Of a DNA stretch of 64,000 bases, positions 1-8,619 are shown piece after piece. The stretch spans positions 416,001 through 480,000 of the forward strand of contig CAWFSF010000005.1 in NCBI GenBank assembly GCA_963818475.1. Reading direction: 5' to 3'. A program made the position numbers and the translations under genes. The notes under the pieces were generated by a model. It saw only the letters and a list, made by a program, of their open reading frames with translations, was not told where the DNA came from and did not search any database. The stretch is from Nitrospirota bacterium. GTDB lineage: Bacteria; Nitrospirota; UBA9217. The stretch's first letter is position 1. Each line of letters opens with the position of its first letter.

Positions 1-574
1 AGCACGGTCGTGCCCTTCATGTTGACCTCCCGGAAGAGGTCGAAGACTTCCTGGCCGCTCTGCGGGTCGAGGTTGCCCGTGGGTTCGTCGGCGAGCAGGA
101 CCAGCGGCTCGTTCACGAGCGCCCGCGCCACGGCGACCCGCTGCTGCTCGCCGCCCGACAGCTTGGGCGGCGTCAGGTGCTGTCTTTTTCTCCATGCCAA
201 CTTTCTTCAGCACCTGGTAGGTCCGCCGCTCGATATCTCCGTAGGGAGTGCCGACCACCTTCAGGGCAAGGGCGATGTTCTCGAAGATGGTCTTGTGGGG
301 AAGGAGTTTGTAGTCCTGGAACACGAAGCCCGATGTTGCGCCTGAGATAGGGAATGCTCGAGGAGTCGAGCCGGAAGGTGTTCATGCCCTGGATGATGAT
401 CTGGCCCTCGTCGGCATGCTCGGCGCAGAAGAGGATCTTGAGCAGGGTGGTCTTGCCGGCCCCGCTGGGGCCCGGTGACGAAGACAAACTCGCCCTTTAT
501 CGACGGAAAAGCTTACTGTCGCGCAGGGCAGGGACGCCTTCGTAATGTTTGGTCACCCGGTAGAGCTGGATCAT
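1..574 (-). CDS. ftsE: Cell division ABC ATP-binding protein FtsE (3' truncated by window edge; frameshifted)
   Basis: Start [11 protein letters not shown] at 574; Walker [13 protein letters not shown]; IPYLRRNIG; [19 protein letters not shown] and [10 protein letters not shown] read on the minus strand at 40-170. Confidence 0.85.
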
Positions 575-683
575 TCTCTTACATGACACCTAACCCGGAC
601 AAGCCTGAACAAAAAGATGTCTCTGACGCAGGAAACTGCTTTTCGATTCCGCAATCCGAAATCTCGCAATCCGCAATTCGAAT

Positions 684-1629
684 TCACCGTTTCTTTCTGA
701 TCGCTTCCTTCCGCCGCAACGCAGAGGTCGTCGGCGAGACAGGCCGTAATGCTTCAGCAGCCCCTCGCTCTCGCCGGAGGTGCCGAAGGTGTCCTTGATG
801 CCGACGCGCACCAGCGGCACCGGCCGGGATTCGGCCAGCACCTCGGCCACCGCGCCGCCCAGGCCGCCGATGATCGAATGCTCCTCCGCGGTCACGATGG
901 CGCCGCAGCGCTTCGCCGCAGCGATCACCGCAGCCGCGTCGAGCGGCTTGATCGTGGACATGTTGATCACGCCCGGCGTCGATGCCTTCGGCTTTCAGCA
1001 GGTCCCGCGCCTTGAGCGCCTCGGCCGATCATGAGGCCCGTGGCGATGATCGCCACGTCCTTGCCTTCGTGGAACACATGCGCCTTGCCGATGATGAACT
1101 TGTACCTTCAGGCCCGAACAGCGTCTCCACCTTGTTCCGTCCGACGCGCACATAGCAGGGGCCCTTGTGCTCCGCCACCGCCTCGATGGCCAGCGTCGTC
1201 TCGACGCCGTCGGCCGGGACGATCACGGTCATGTTCGGGATCACGCGCATCACCGCGATGTCCTCCACGGACTGGTGCGATCCGCCGTCCTCGCCGACCG
1301 TGACGCCGGCATGGCTCGCCACGATCTTCACGTTCAGGTTGGGATAGCAGACGCACTGCCGGATCTGCTCCCAGGCCCGGCCCGTGGCGAACACGGCAAA
1401 GGTGCTGCAAAAGGGCAGTTTGCCGGCCGAGCGCGAGGCCTGCGGCCGTTCCCATCATGTCCTGTTCGGCGATGCCGATATTAAAGAACCGGTCCGGGAA
1501 CGCCTTGGCGAACTTCGATGTTTTGGTCGAACCCGACAGGTCCGCGTCGAGCACCACCACGTCGTTTCTTTTTTTACCGAGGCTGACCAGCGCATCCCCG
1601 TATGCATCTCTTGTCGCTACCTTAGTCAC
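684..1629 (-). CDS. Transketolase C-terminal (pyrimidine-binding) subunit, frameshifted
   Basis: [52 protein letters not shown] motifs across three overlapping ORFs; GGAGG RBS before GTG 1629. Confidence 0.9.
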
Positions 1630-1722
1630 AGTAACCTCCAGAAGAATTTCGGATTGCGGATCTCGGATTTCGGAATTAACAGCTTTCAATCCGCATTCCG
1701 CAATCCGAGATCCGCAATTGAA

Positions 1723-2567
1723 TTATTTACAGACGCCTGCTTCCAGTTCGTTCAACGCGGTTGCGCAGCTGCTTCCTTGGTCGGCGTTGCGCCGTGGAAC
1801 TCCACCTTGCCTTCGAACACGGCCGAGCCCTTGCCCTTGACCGTGCGGCAGACGATCATGGTCGGCTTGCCCTTCACCGTCTCGGCCTTGTCGAGCGCTG
1901 CGGTGATCTGGGCCATGTCGTGGCCGTCGATGTCCAGCACTTCCCAGCCGAACGCGCGCAACTTGTCGGTGATCGGCTCCACGCCCATGACCTTGGCGAC
2001 CGGCCCGTCGATCTGGAGGCCGTTGTTGTCGACCATGGCGCAGAGGTTGTCCAGCTTGTAGTGCGCCGCGGTCATGGCCGCTTCCCAGATCTGGCCTTCC
2101 TGGAGCTCGCCGTCGCCGAGCAGGGCATAGACCCGGTTCGCGCGCCTTGTCGAGCTTGTGCGCAAGCGCCAGGCCGTTCGCCACGGACAGGCCCTGGCCG
2201 AGCGAGCCCGTCGAGATCTCGACGCCCGGAAGATACTTGCTGTCCGGGTGGCCCTGGAGCCGGGAGCCCAGTCTTCCGGAGCGTGCAGAGTTCGGTGGTC
2301 TCGAAAATAGCCGGCATGCGCCAGCACCGTGTACAGAAGCGGCGCCGCGTGCCCCTTGGAAAGGATGAAGTTGTCCCGGTCCTTCCACTTCGGCTTCTTC
2401 GGATCATACTTCATCTTGTAGAAATAGAGCGCCGTCGCGATGTCCGCGGCGGAAAGGCTGCCGCCCGTATGGCCGGAGCCGCACTCCGTCAGCATTTTCA
2501 GGATATCGATCCGGATGTTCCGGGCTTTTTCTTTCAAAGCCTTCACTTGTTCTTCAGTAGCAGCCAT
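1723..2567 (-). CDS. Transketolase N-terminal (TPP-binding) subunit, frameshifted
   Basis: [47 protein letters not shown] motifs. Confidence 0.92.
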
Positions 2568-2671
2568 GCATCAAACCTCCTAAAGTACTGCAAAGTATGT
2601 TTTTATGTTGACGCAGTGAGCAGGGTTAAACACCGAACTCCGCGGACTCCGAACTGGCAATTGCGCTCCGC

Positions 2672-3124
2672 TCAATGGTCCTCGGCGAGAAGATCGAGAA
2701 TGATGTCGTCGAGGCTTTTTTCTTTCGGCTCTTCCTTGGGAGGAGGAGGCGGCGCTGACGGCGCGGTGCGGGGCGCCGTCTCCTTCTTGACCGGGGCCGT
2801 GCACGGCGCAGCGGCCTTGGGCGCCGCATTCTGTGCAGCCGTTGACTGATACGTCGCTTCATGCGGGGCGTTGTTGGCGTTCAGCTTGCCCTGCATCAGA
2901 TCGCGGATCATCTGCTTGTGCTGCTCCATCATGAGCTCGCGGACCACCTCGTCGAGGCAGTCCGCCTTGAGGATGTCGGCGTAGCTCGTCTTGCGCGAGG
3001 CGAGGATCGCCCCCTGGAAATAGAGCAGCGAAGTTATGAACGGGCTGTTCACCCCGCCGTCCTCGGTCTGACAGTGATAGACCTTTCCCTGGAACTTGAA
3101 GTCGGTATTGTACCCCGTAAGCAT
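2672..3124 (-). CDS. Conserved hypothetical protein (GYNTD..YHCQTEDGG family) with Pro/Ala linker and SLDDIILD tail
   Basis: Intact 150-aa ORF with GC3-rich codon bias; TATAAT 8 nt upstream of ATG. Confidence 0.75.
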   Translation of the reverse strand: MLTGYNTDFKFQGKVYHCQTEDGGVNSPFITSLLYFQGAILASRKTSYADILKADCLDEVVRELMMEQHKQMIRDLMQGKLNANNAPHEATYQSTAAQNAAPKAAAPCTAPVKKETAPRTAPSAPPPPPKEEPKEKSLDDIILDLLAEDH

Positions 3125-3249
3125 AAGTAGGTATTATACTGACACGACGGAAGTTGCAAGACTTTTTGCTCCCGGACAGAACCTGGCAAGCCTTTTTCCT
3201 TCGACACCGCAGGTGACCGCACAGTCCGGTTGGTGTAAGTTTTGTCCGT

Positions 3250-3336
3250 GCCGGCGTGGTGAAACTGGTAGACGCAGAGGACTCAAAATCCTCCGGGGGC
3301 AACTCCATGTCGGTTCGATTCCGACCGCCGGCACCA
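3250..3336 (+). tRNA. tRNA-Leu (anticodon CAA)
   Basis: GCCGGCG/CGCCGGC acceptor stem plus ACCA; anticodon arm GAGGA-CTCAAAA-TCCTC; long variable arm; GGTTCGATT T-loop. Confidence 0.97.
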
Positions 3337-3346
3337 AACATAAAAT

Positions 3347-3378
3347 AAAAAAGATCGGGTCTCTTGCCGATCTTTTTT
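3347..3378 (+). terminator. Intrinsic (bidirectional-type) terminator after tRNA-Leu
   Basis: AAAAAGATCGG-gtctcttg-CCGATCTTTTTT hairpin. Confidence 0.8.
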
Positions 3379-3508
3379 GCGTTTCAGGCGTGCGAAATCG
3401 AACAAGGGAGCCCGGGGTAAGCATTTTTTCCCGGTTGACGGTGCCCTTACTATGAATGCCCTTAAGATGTTCCGCTTCTAAAGAACCCGGACAGTTTTAT
3501 CACGCTCC

Positions 3509-3835
3509 TCAGGCGAAGAGCACCGACACGTGGCCTGTCTTGCGCGAACGTGAAGCCGGCTTGACGACGATCTGTACGTCACGGCCCAGGAGGGTCATGC
3601 ACTCAAGCATCTTTGTTTCTGAGATTCCGCGGAAACGTCCACGGAGCATATTGGAAAGCTTGGGCTGGGTCATCCCGAGCAGCGATGAGGCCTGTGTCTG
3701 TGTCAGTTTGCGAAGTTTAATGATCTCAGCTATCTTCGCGGAAAGTTGTGCCTTGACCAGCATCTCGTCCGCGTCAGCTACACCGAGATCGGCATACACA
3801 TTCATGCTTCCTTTTTCAACCTTGCTCATGGTCAC
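3509..3835 (-). CDS. XRE/HTH antitoxin (HigA-like)
   Basis: NVYADLG..DADEMLVKAQL; HTH LTQTQASSLLGMTQPKLS; 4-nt overlap with upstream toxin. Confidence 0.88.
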   Translation of the reverse strand: MTMSKVEKGSMNVYADLGVADADEMLVKAQLSAKIAEIIKLRKLTQTQASSLLGMTQPKLSNMLRGRFRGISETKMLECMTLLGRDVQIVVKPASRSRKTGHVSVLFA

Positions 3836-4176
3836 ACTCCTTCCGAATGCCGGCGGGCCAATTTCAGCCGCGCCTCAATCATGTCCTTATCCTGTTTAGA
3901 CGTCTCGATGCCCTTACGTGATTTCTTCTGGAAACAATGCAGCACGTAGACACCATTGTTGAATTTGACGGTATACACCGCGCGATAGGTGCTGCCGTCA
4001 TCATCTTCCACGACCTCAAGCACTCCGGCTGACCCGAAACCCTTGAGCGGCTTGGCTTGCGGATGCTTATGACCACTCTGCGCCAAATACAACGCATAGC
4101 CGACGACATCGACTACCTGCGTCGGCATTTCCAGAAGATCTTTTTTTGATGATCCTACCCAGAACAAGGGTTTCAA
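3832..4176 (-). CDS. Type II toxin, RelE/ParE superfamily (Gp49/HigB-like)
   Basis: KPLFWVGSSKKDL, KPLKGFG, TYRAVY, YVLHCFQKKS motifs; toxin-before-antitoxin order; AGGAG RBS. Confidence 0.88.
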   Translation of the reverse strand: MKPLFWVGSSKKDLLEMPTQVVDVVGYALYLAQSGHKHPQAKPLKGFGSAGVLEVVEDDDGSTYRAVYTVKFNNGVYVLHCFQKKSRKGIETSKQDKDMIEARLKLARRHSEGV

Positions 4177-4197
4177 TTGCCAGTCACTCCTGGTTAA

Positions 4198-4226
4198 ATT
4201 ATACCTAAATGGGTATAACAAAGCAA
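4198..4226 (-). promoter_or_regulatory. TA promoter with overlapping palindromic operator
   Basis: TTGCTT-N17-TATAAT on minus strand; palindrome TTATACC-N6-GGTATAA at 4199-4218 overlaps the -10. Confidence 0.7.
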
Positions 4227-4300
4227 ATCAATATTCCCATAATGCCAGCCTGAGGATCTTTACCGTTAAAATCATCCTAAGATCCTCTAAGATCCTTCAC

Positions 4301-4340
4301 AAAAAAAATCCGAGGGCCTCTGCTGCAAAGGCCCTCGGAT
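4301..4340 (-). terminator. Intrinsic terminator of the cytochrome gene
   Basis: ATCCGAGGGCCT..AGGCCCTCGGAT hairpin with A8 tract on + (U tract on -). Confidence 0.8.
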
Positions 4341-4364
4341 CGTAAGGTACGCGTCGTGAGTAGA

Positions 4365-5198
4365 CTATTTTTTCGGAGCCGCTGCTTTGGGCTGCGGCGA
4401 CGCCGCTTTCCAGTTGTTCAGATCGTGCGGGCTCTTGTGGCACTCAAGGCATCTCGGGAACTTGGCCATGATACCCTCAGGATGCATAGCGCCGTGGCAG
4501 TCCTGACATTTCGGCACTGTCTTATGTTTCTCCTGATGGCAGCTCGCGCAGGACTGGAGGGTGTGTTTGGTTTCATTCTTCATCAAGGAGCCGTACTGTT
4601 GCTTGTGACAAGCGGCGCAGAACTTGGAGTCAACGTCAACTGCGTATGTTACTGCCTTCGGCATGTGGGCTTTGTGGCACAGTCTGCAATCAGCCGCCGT
4701 GATGTCCTGCGAGTGGGGCTTATGGCACTGAGTGCACTGGGGAATTTTCCGGTGAACGTCGTGGCAGTCGGTGCAATTCTTGAGCGTGTGTTTGCTCTTG
4801 TTCTCGCGCAGCTGCTTGATCTGGTTCGTGTGGCAGGCAAGGCAAGGGTCGGTCATCGGTTTGTCGAACGTGATCTTGAGCGGTGTATGCGGGTTCTTAT
4901 GACACTGCAGGCAGTTCTTTTGCTCGAAGTGCGGTTTGCCCTGGTGGCACTTGCTGCATGCCGGAATGTTGTTCTTCGATGAGGGACGATGGCCGGTGTG
5001 GCAGTCCTGGCAGGTGATTGCCGTCTTGTGTTTTGACCCATTGGCCTCGATGTCCGCCGGCTGGCTCGTGTGGCACTTGGAGCAGTCGGACGGGCTAAGT
5101 TGAGCGAGTTTTGCAGGCTCATTCCCGGCGATAGCGGGTTGCGCAAAAGACAATGCAAACAGGAAACTTAAAAACAGAGACATGATTCTTCCAACCAT
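4365..5198 (-). CDS. Periplasmic multiheme cytochrome c (12 CxxCH)
   Basis: Signal peptide; CSKCH, CQDCH, CSKCH, CLQCH, CLACH, CTDCH, CTQCH, CRLCH, CAACH, CASCH, CQDCH, CLECH; AGGAGG RBS. Confidence 0.95.
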   Translation of the reverse strand: MVGRIMSLFLSFLFALSFAQPAIAGNEPAKLAQLSPSDCSKCHTSQPADIEANGSKHKTAITCQDCHTGHRPSSKNNIPACSKCHQGKPHFEQKNCLQCHKNPHTPLKITFDKPMTDPCLACHTNQIKQLRENKSKHTLKNCTDCHDVHRKIPQCTQCHKPHSQDITAADCRLCHKAHMPKAVTYAVDVDSKFCAACHKQQYGSLMKNETKHTLQSCASCHQEKHKTVPKCQDCHGAMHPEGIMAKFPRCLECHKSPHDLNNWKAASPQPKAAAPKK

Positions 5199-5641
5199 TT
5201 CTTGTACACCTCCTAATTGCGGTTTAGAGATTCACACAGGTATCGGCGGCAATTAACCGGGTAGAGCATCAAAGCGAAAACCGGCCCCGACTTTACACAG
5301 GTCGCATAAAAAAATCAAGAACAATTAATATTGCAGAACACGTAAGTTTAGTTGCAAGACGTGGCCTGAAGGTTTCTGAAATGCTTCTGTTATCTGGATA
5401 TGACCCCAAGATCTTTCAATCCAATCGTAAGACACGATGGTATGCTTCCCTTGACAGTGCCCCTTTAACAGGTGATCCTTCGATGTCGTCTCCTGCCAGA
5501 AAAAAACACTGCCAGAAAAAAATCTTGACAGATTCCCCGGTTAGGTGGATTCTGGGAGGGTTAAAATCCCCGGGTAGCCGGTTATCTTTCAAAACCCAGC
5601 CTGCGTTCCGGTATCTCGTAATTATTGAGGGAGAAATTGTT

Positions 5642-6820
5642 ATGAAAGACCGTTTACTGCGCCATTTATTGAGAGTCGGAATGCTGTCAGCGCTCGTCAT
5701 GGCTGCGGGCATGATCCTGTCATTGCAGAGTTGCCTGCCCCCGCGCGGACGCGTCATTGTTCAGGCCCCTCCGCCGGTCCTGCTCGCTCCGCCGTTCCTG
5801 TACGTGATCCCCGGCACCTATGCGTATTATGTGGCAGATGTGGACGTGGACTTCTTCTTCTATCAGGGTTTCTGGTACCGCCCGTATCTTGGCCGTTGGT
5901 ATCGGGCTAATGCATATAACGGCTCCTGGACCTCTATAGCCACAAACAGGGTGCCGGTCGTCCTTCGGGAAGTTCCTAACACGTACCGGCGCGTTGCACC
6001 GCGCTCAAGCCGTTTGCCTCACCATGATGTTCAGAATAACTGGCGGAGCTGGGAGCGCGAACGCTATTGGGACAGGCAAGACGAGCCGAAGCGGGATAGA
6101 AACGATTACCGGGACAACGGCCGGACAGATCCAGGACCTCAACGCCAGCCGGTGATACTGCAGGAACAGCAGCAGCGTGAAAAGCATCCGGATCAGGACA
6201 GGAATGAATACAGGGATAAGGACAAAGATAAAGACAGAGGCAGGGACCGGAACGATTACCGGGACAACAGCCGGTTAGAGCCAGGACCTCAACGCCAGCC
6301 GGTGATACTGCAGGAACAGCAGCAGCGTGAAAAGCATCCGGATCAGGACAGGAATGAATACAGGGATAAGGACAAAGATAAAGACAGAGGCAGGGACCGG
6401 AACGATTACCGGGACAACAGCCGGTTAGAGCCAGGACCTCAACGCCAGCCGGTGATACTGCAGGAACAGCAACAGCGTGAAAAGCATCCGGATCAGGACA
6501 GGAATGAATACAAGGACAACGGGAGAGATTCAGGAGCTCGTCAGCCGGAAGATCGCCAGGGTCTGAACAGGGATAAAAATCAGAACGAAGGAAAAGTCGG
6601 GGAACGGAACGTACGCCAGGATCAGAAACCTCCCTCAGAGCCTGTGCGCCAGGTGACGCAGCCACAGGCGCAGCAGCAGGAAAAGCAACAGACTCCTTCG
6701 AAACAGAAGCAGAAACAAAAGAAAGACAAGGGCCAGAAAAAGGATGAAGACGAGGACAGCGCCACCTCGCAAGACAAGGATGAGAACAGGCGCGATGAAC
6801 GTGAAAGAAAAGGCCGGTAG
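5642..6820 (+). CDS. Putative lipoprotein with Tyr/Trp-rich domain and charged repeat tail
   Basis: GAGGGAG RBS; lipobox-like LQSC; PPP..YxxPG..DVDFFFYQGFWYR domain; 50-aa repeats; terminator follows. Confidence 0.75.
   Translation: MKDRLLRHLLRVGMLSALVMAAGMILSLQSCLPPRGRVIVQAPPPVLLAPPFLYVIPGTYAYYVADVDVDFFFYQGFWYRPYLGRWYRANAYNGSWTSIATNRVPVVLREVPNTYRRVAPRSSRLPHHDVQNNWRSWERERYWDRQDEPKRDRNDYRDNGRTDPGPQRQPVILQEQQQREKHPDQDRNEYRDKDKDKDRGRDRNDYRDNSRLEPGPQRQPVILQEQQQREKHPDQDRNEYRDKDKDKDRGRDRNDYRDNSRLEPGPQRQPVILQEQQQREKHPDQDRNEYKDNGRDSGARQPEDRQGLNRDKNQNEGKVGERNVRQDQKPPSEPVRQVTQPQAQQQEKQQTPSKQKQKQKKDKGQKKDEDEDSATSQDKDENRRDERERKGR
6101..6511 (+). repeat. 150-bp in-frame tandem repeat, about 2.7 copies
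   Basis: AACGATTACCGGGACAAC starts at 6101, 6251 and 6401 with near-identical units. Confidence 0.95.
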
Positions 6821-6840
6821 TTAAATCGACCAACCAGCAG

Positions 6841-6869
6841 AAGGCCGCCCGCTCAGGCGGCCTTTTTTT
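6841..6869 (+). terminator. Intrinsic terminator
   Basis: AAGGCCGCC-cgctca-GGCGGCCTTTTTTT. Confidence 0.85.
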
Positions 6870-6876
6870 ATTGTCC

Positions 6877-7122
6877 CTAGGACCTGGGTCCGCCATACAT
6901 GATGCGCATATCGGCGATCAGGAACTCCGGCATTATGTTTTTTACCTTTTCCGCCCAGGCGCGTCATGTATTCTCAACAAATCGTCCAGGCAGCCTCCTG
7001 AGTATCTCATCCCCGAAATCATCCTCTCCCCCATTCAGTTCGATTCCGTCGATCTCGTCAAAACTGAACAGACTGTTGCTGCTGAAAGTAGACTGATTAC
7101 AGCTATTTATGTGAATGATCAT
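6877..7122 (-). CDS. Small hypothetical protein (81 aa) with in-frame TGA at codon 53 (pseudogene or recoded)
   Basis: AAGGAGG RBS before ATG 7122; frame open to TAG 6877-6879 except TGA at 6964-6966. Confidence 0.5.
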
Positions 7123-7441
7123 TGTAAGTCCCTCCTTAAAAAATATCTGACGTCTCCGAAACAGGGTACAATACTATGATCGCAACCACAGCTCAATTCA
7201 AACTGCCCTTACTCTTACTATAGCAACATTCGGGGGTTTTTAAGGAGGATGAAGATTTTCCTAACGACAATTTCGGAAGGTAGTCTTTAGTTTTACGGAT
7301 CAGGGGCGACATTGTTGAACCGTTGTGTTCAGCCACGCGGGCGTTTGCCTGGACAACTAAAAAATACCATGATTTCAATGACTTTTGCGTGGTGACGTTG
7401 GTGGAGTTTTGAAAGTGGAGCTTGCTTGATAAGCACCAAAC

Positions 7442-7478
7442 AAAAAGAGGACCGGCACTGCGCCGGTCCTCTTTCTTA
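7442..7478. terminator. Bidirectional intrinsic terminator
   Basis: AAAAAGAGGACCGGC-actgc-GCCGGTCCTCTTT. Confidence 0.8.
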
Positions 7479-7542
7479 TTCAGTTATAACGAATACGCGG
7501 GCGAAGCAAGGGGCAAGCAGGGAAGCTTTCGCTTTTCCCATC

Positions 7543-8406
7543 CTACCTCATGCCTCTTGATTCTCTTGATTCGCGACCGCCTTCTTCACGTCCTTCGGGT
7601 TTCTCTCTTTTCTTGGATTTCACTCGTTTCTCGGGTTTGCCTTGACTCCGCTCTCCCCCCGGTGCAGGGCCGCCCCTAAGGCTTCTGTTCTCTGCGGGCT
7701 GGAGCTGCCTCTCACCCCTTCCGGTGGGACCGCCCTGCGGGCTCATAATTCGCCCTTTCTCTTCAGGGCGGACCATTGGCCGCCGTTGCTGCTGTTCCGG
7801 TGTCCGAACCTGAGGCTCTCTTCTTTCCCCTGGTCTTGTTCGCTCTTGGAGCTGCTGCCGATGCTGCTGAACCTCAGGCCTTCTCTGATATTGCTCTTCC
7901 CGTTGACGCCTGAGTTCCTGCGTCTGTTGTTTCGGGCGCGGTGTATAGCCCTGGACGCCCCAGGTTCTCTGCCGCTCCCAATACCGCTGCCGGTCCCAGG
8001 TCTTCCAGTTCCTCTGCAGCTGCTGGTGCGGGATCCGTTCGTAGGTCCACGGGTGTCCATACCAATTCCGCTCCCGGTAGTAAACTCTCCATCCGGGGTC
8101 TATATCATAATAGAAGGTCGGCACCCTGTTGTAATATCTCCAACCCCGGTCGTAATAAGAGGAGCGATACCAGCCGCCTCCCCAGAAACGCCACCACCAG
8201 CCATCCCAGAAGAAGAGGTCTGCGTCTATATCTGGGACCGCGTAAACGCCGACCGTATCAGGCAGCACTACCACAAACGGAGGTGCTCCAAATATGATGG
8301 GCGGCGGCAGAGGGATCCCGATGCTTACATTTACCTCTGCCTTTGTCTGAACAGGAACGACAAAAGCCAACAAAAGAAGGATCGCTGCTATCACCGATTT
8401 ATTCAT
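7543..8406 (-). CDS. Secreted Tyr/Trp-rich protein with Gln/Arg-rich tail, paralogue of 5642-6820
   Basis: Signal peptide; PLPPPI..VYAVPDIDADLFFWDGWWWR; AAGGAG RBS. Confidence 0.8.
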   Translation of the reverse strand: MNKSVIAAILLLLAFVVPVQTKAEVNVSIGIPLPPPIIFGAPPFVVVLPDTVGVYAVPDIDADLFFWDGWWWRFWGGGWYRSSYYDRGWRYYNRVPTFYYDIDPGWRVYYRERNWYGHPWTYERIPHQQLQRNWKTWDRQRYWERQRTWGVQGYTPRPKQQTQELRRQREEQYQRRPEVQQHRQQLQERTRPGERREPQVRTPEQQQRRPMVRPEEKGRIMSPQGGPTGRGERQLQPAENRSLRGGPAPGGERSQGKPEKRVKSKKREKPEGREEGGRESRESRGMR

Positions 8407-8619
8407 TTTGCTTTCTCCTTACATGATGCATCAGTTAATCGCCGAGTTACAAGGAAGTTGGAATGATCCAAATCGCTCTTCCCGGAATGAAGATGCACCT
8501 TAATCTGCTACCCAGCACTTTTGAATGATAACACCGGACCGATCATAAGGCAAGACCATGGGAGCCGGATTTCCTGTCGATCTTTTTTGCGTTCAGGCCT
8601 TCCATTCCGCATTCCGAGG

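Noticed and set aside
1-2567. Frameshifts in ftsE and transketolase genes (also metG, trpE/pabB, ychF, prs, ispE, spoVG) as pseudogenes or programmed recoding
   Set aside because: Many essential genes are hit by scattered 1-bp indels with otherwise intact motifs; sequencing or assembly error is the simplest explanation
5220-5330. c-di-GMP/cGAMP (GEMM) riboswitch upstream of the cytochrome
   Set aside because: GEMM-I consensus elements not found; only a short CCTGTGT direct repeat
6101-6511. Possible CRISPR array
   Set aside because: 150-bp contiguous in-frame coding repeats with no unique spacers; no cas genes in the window
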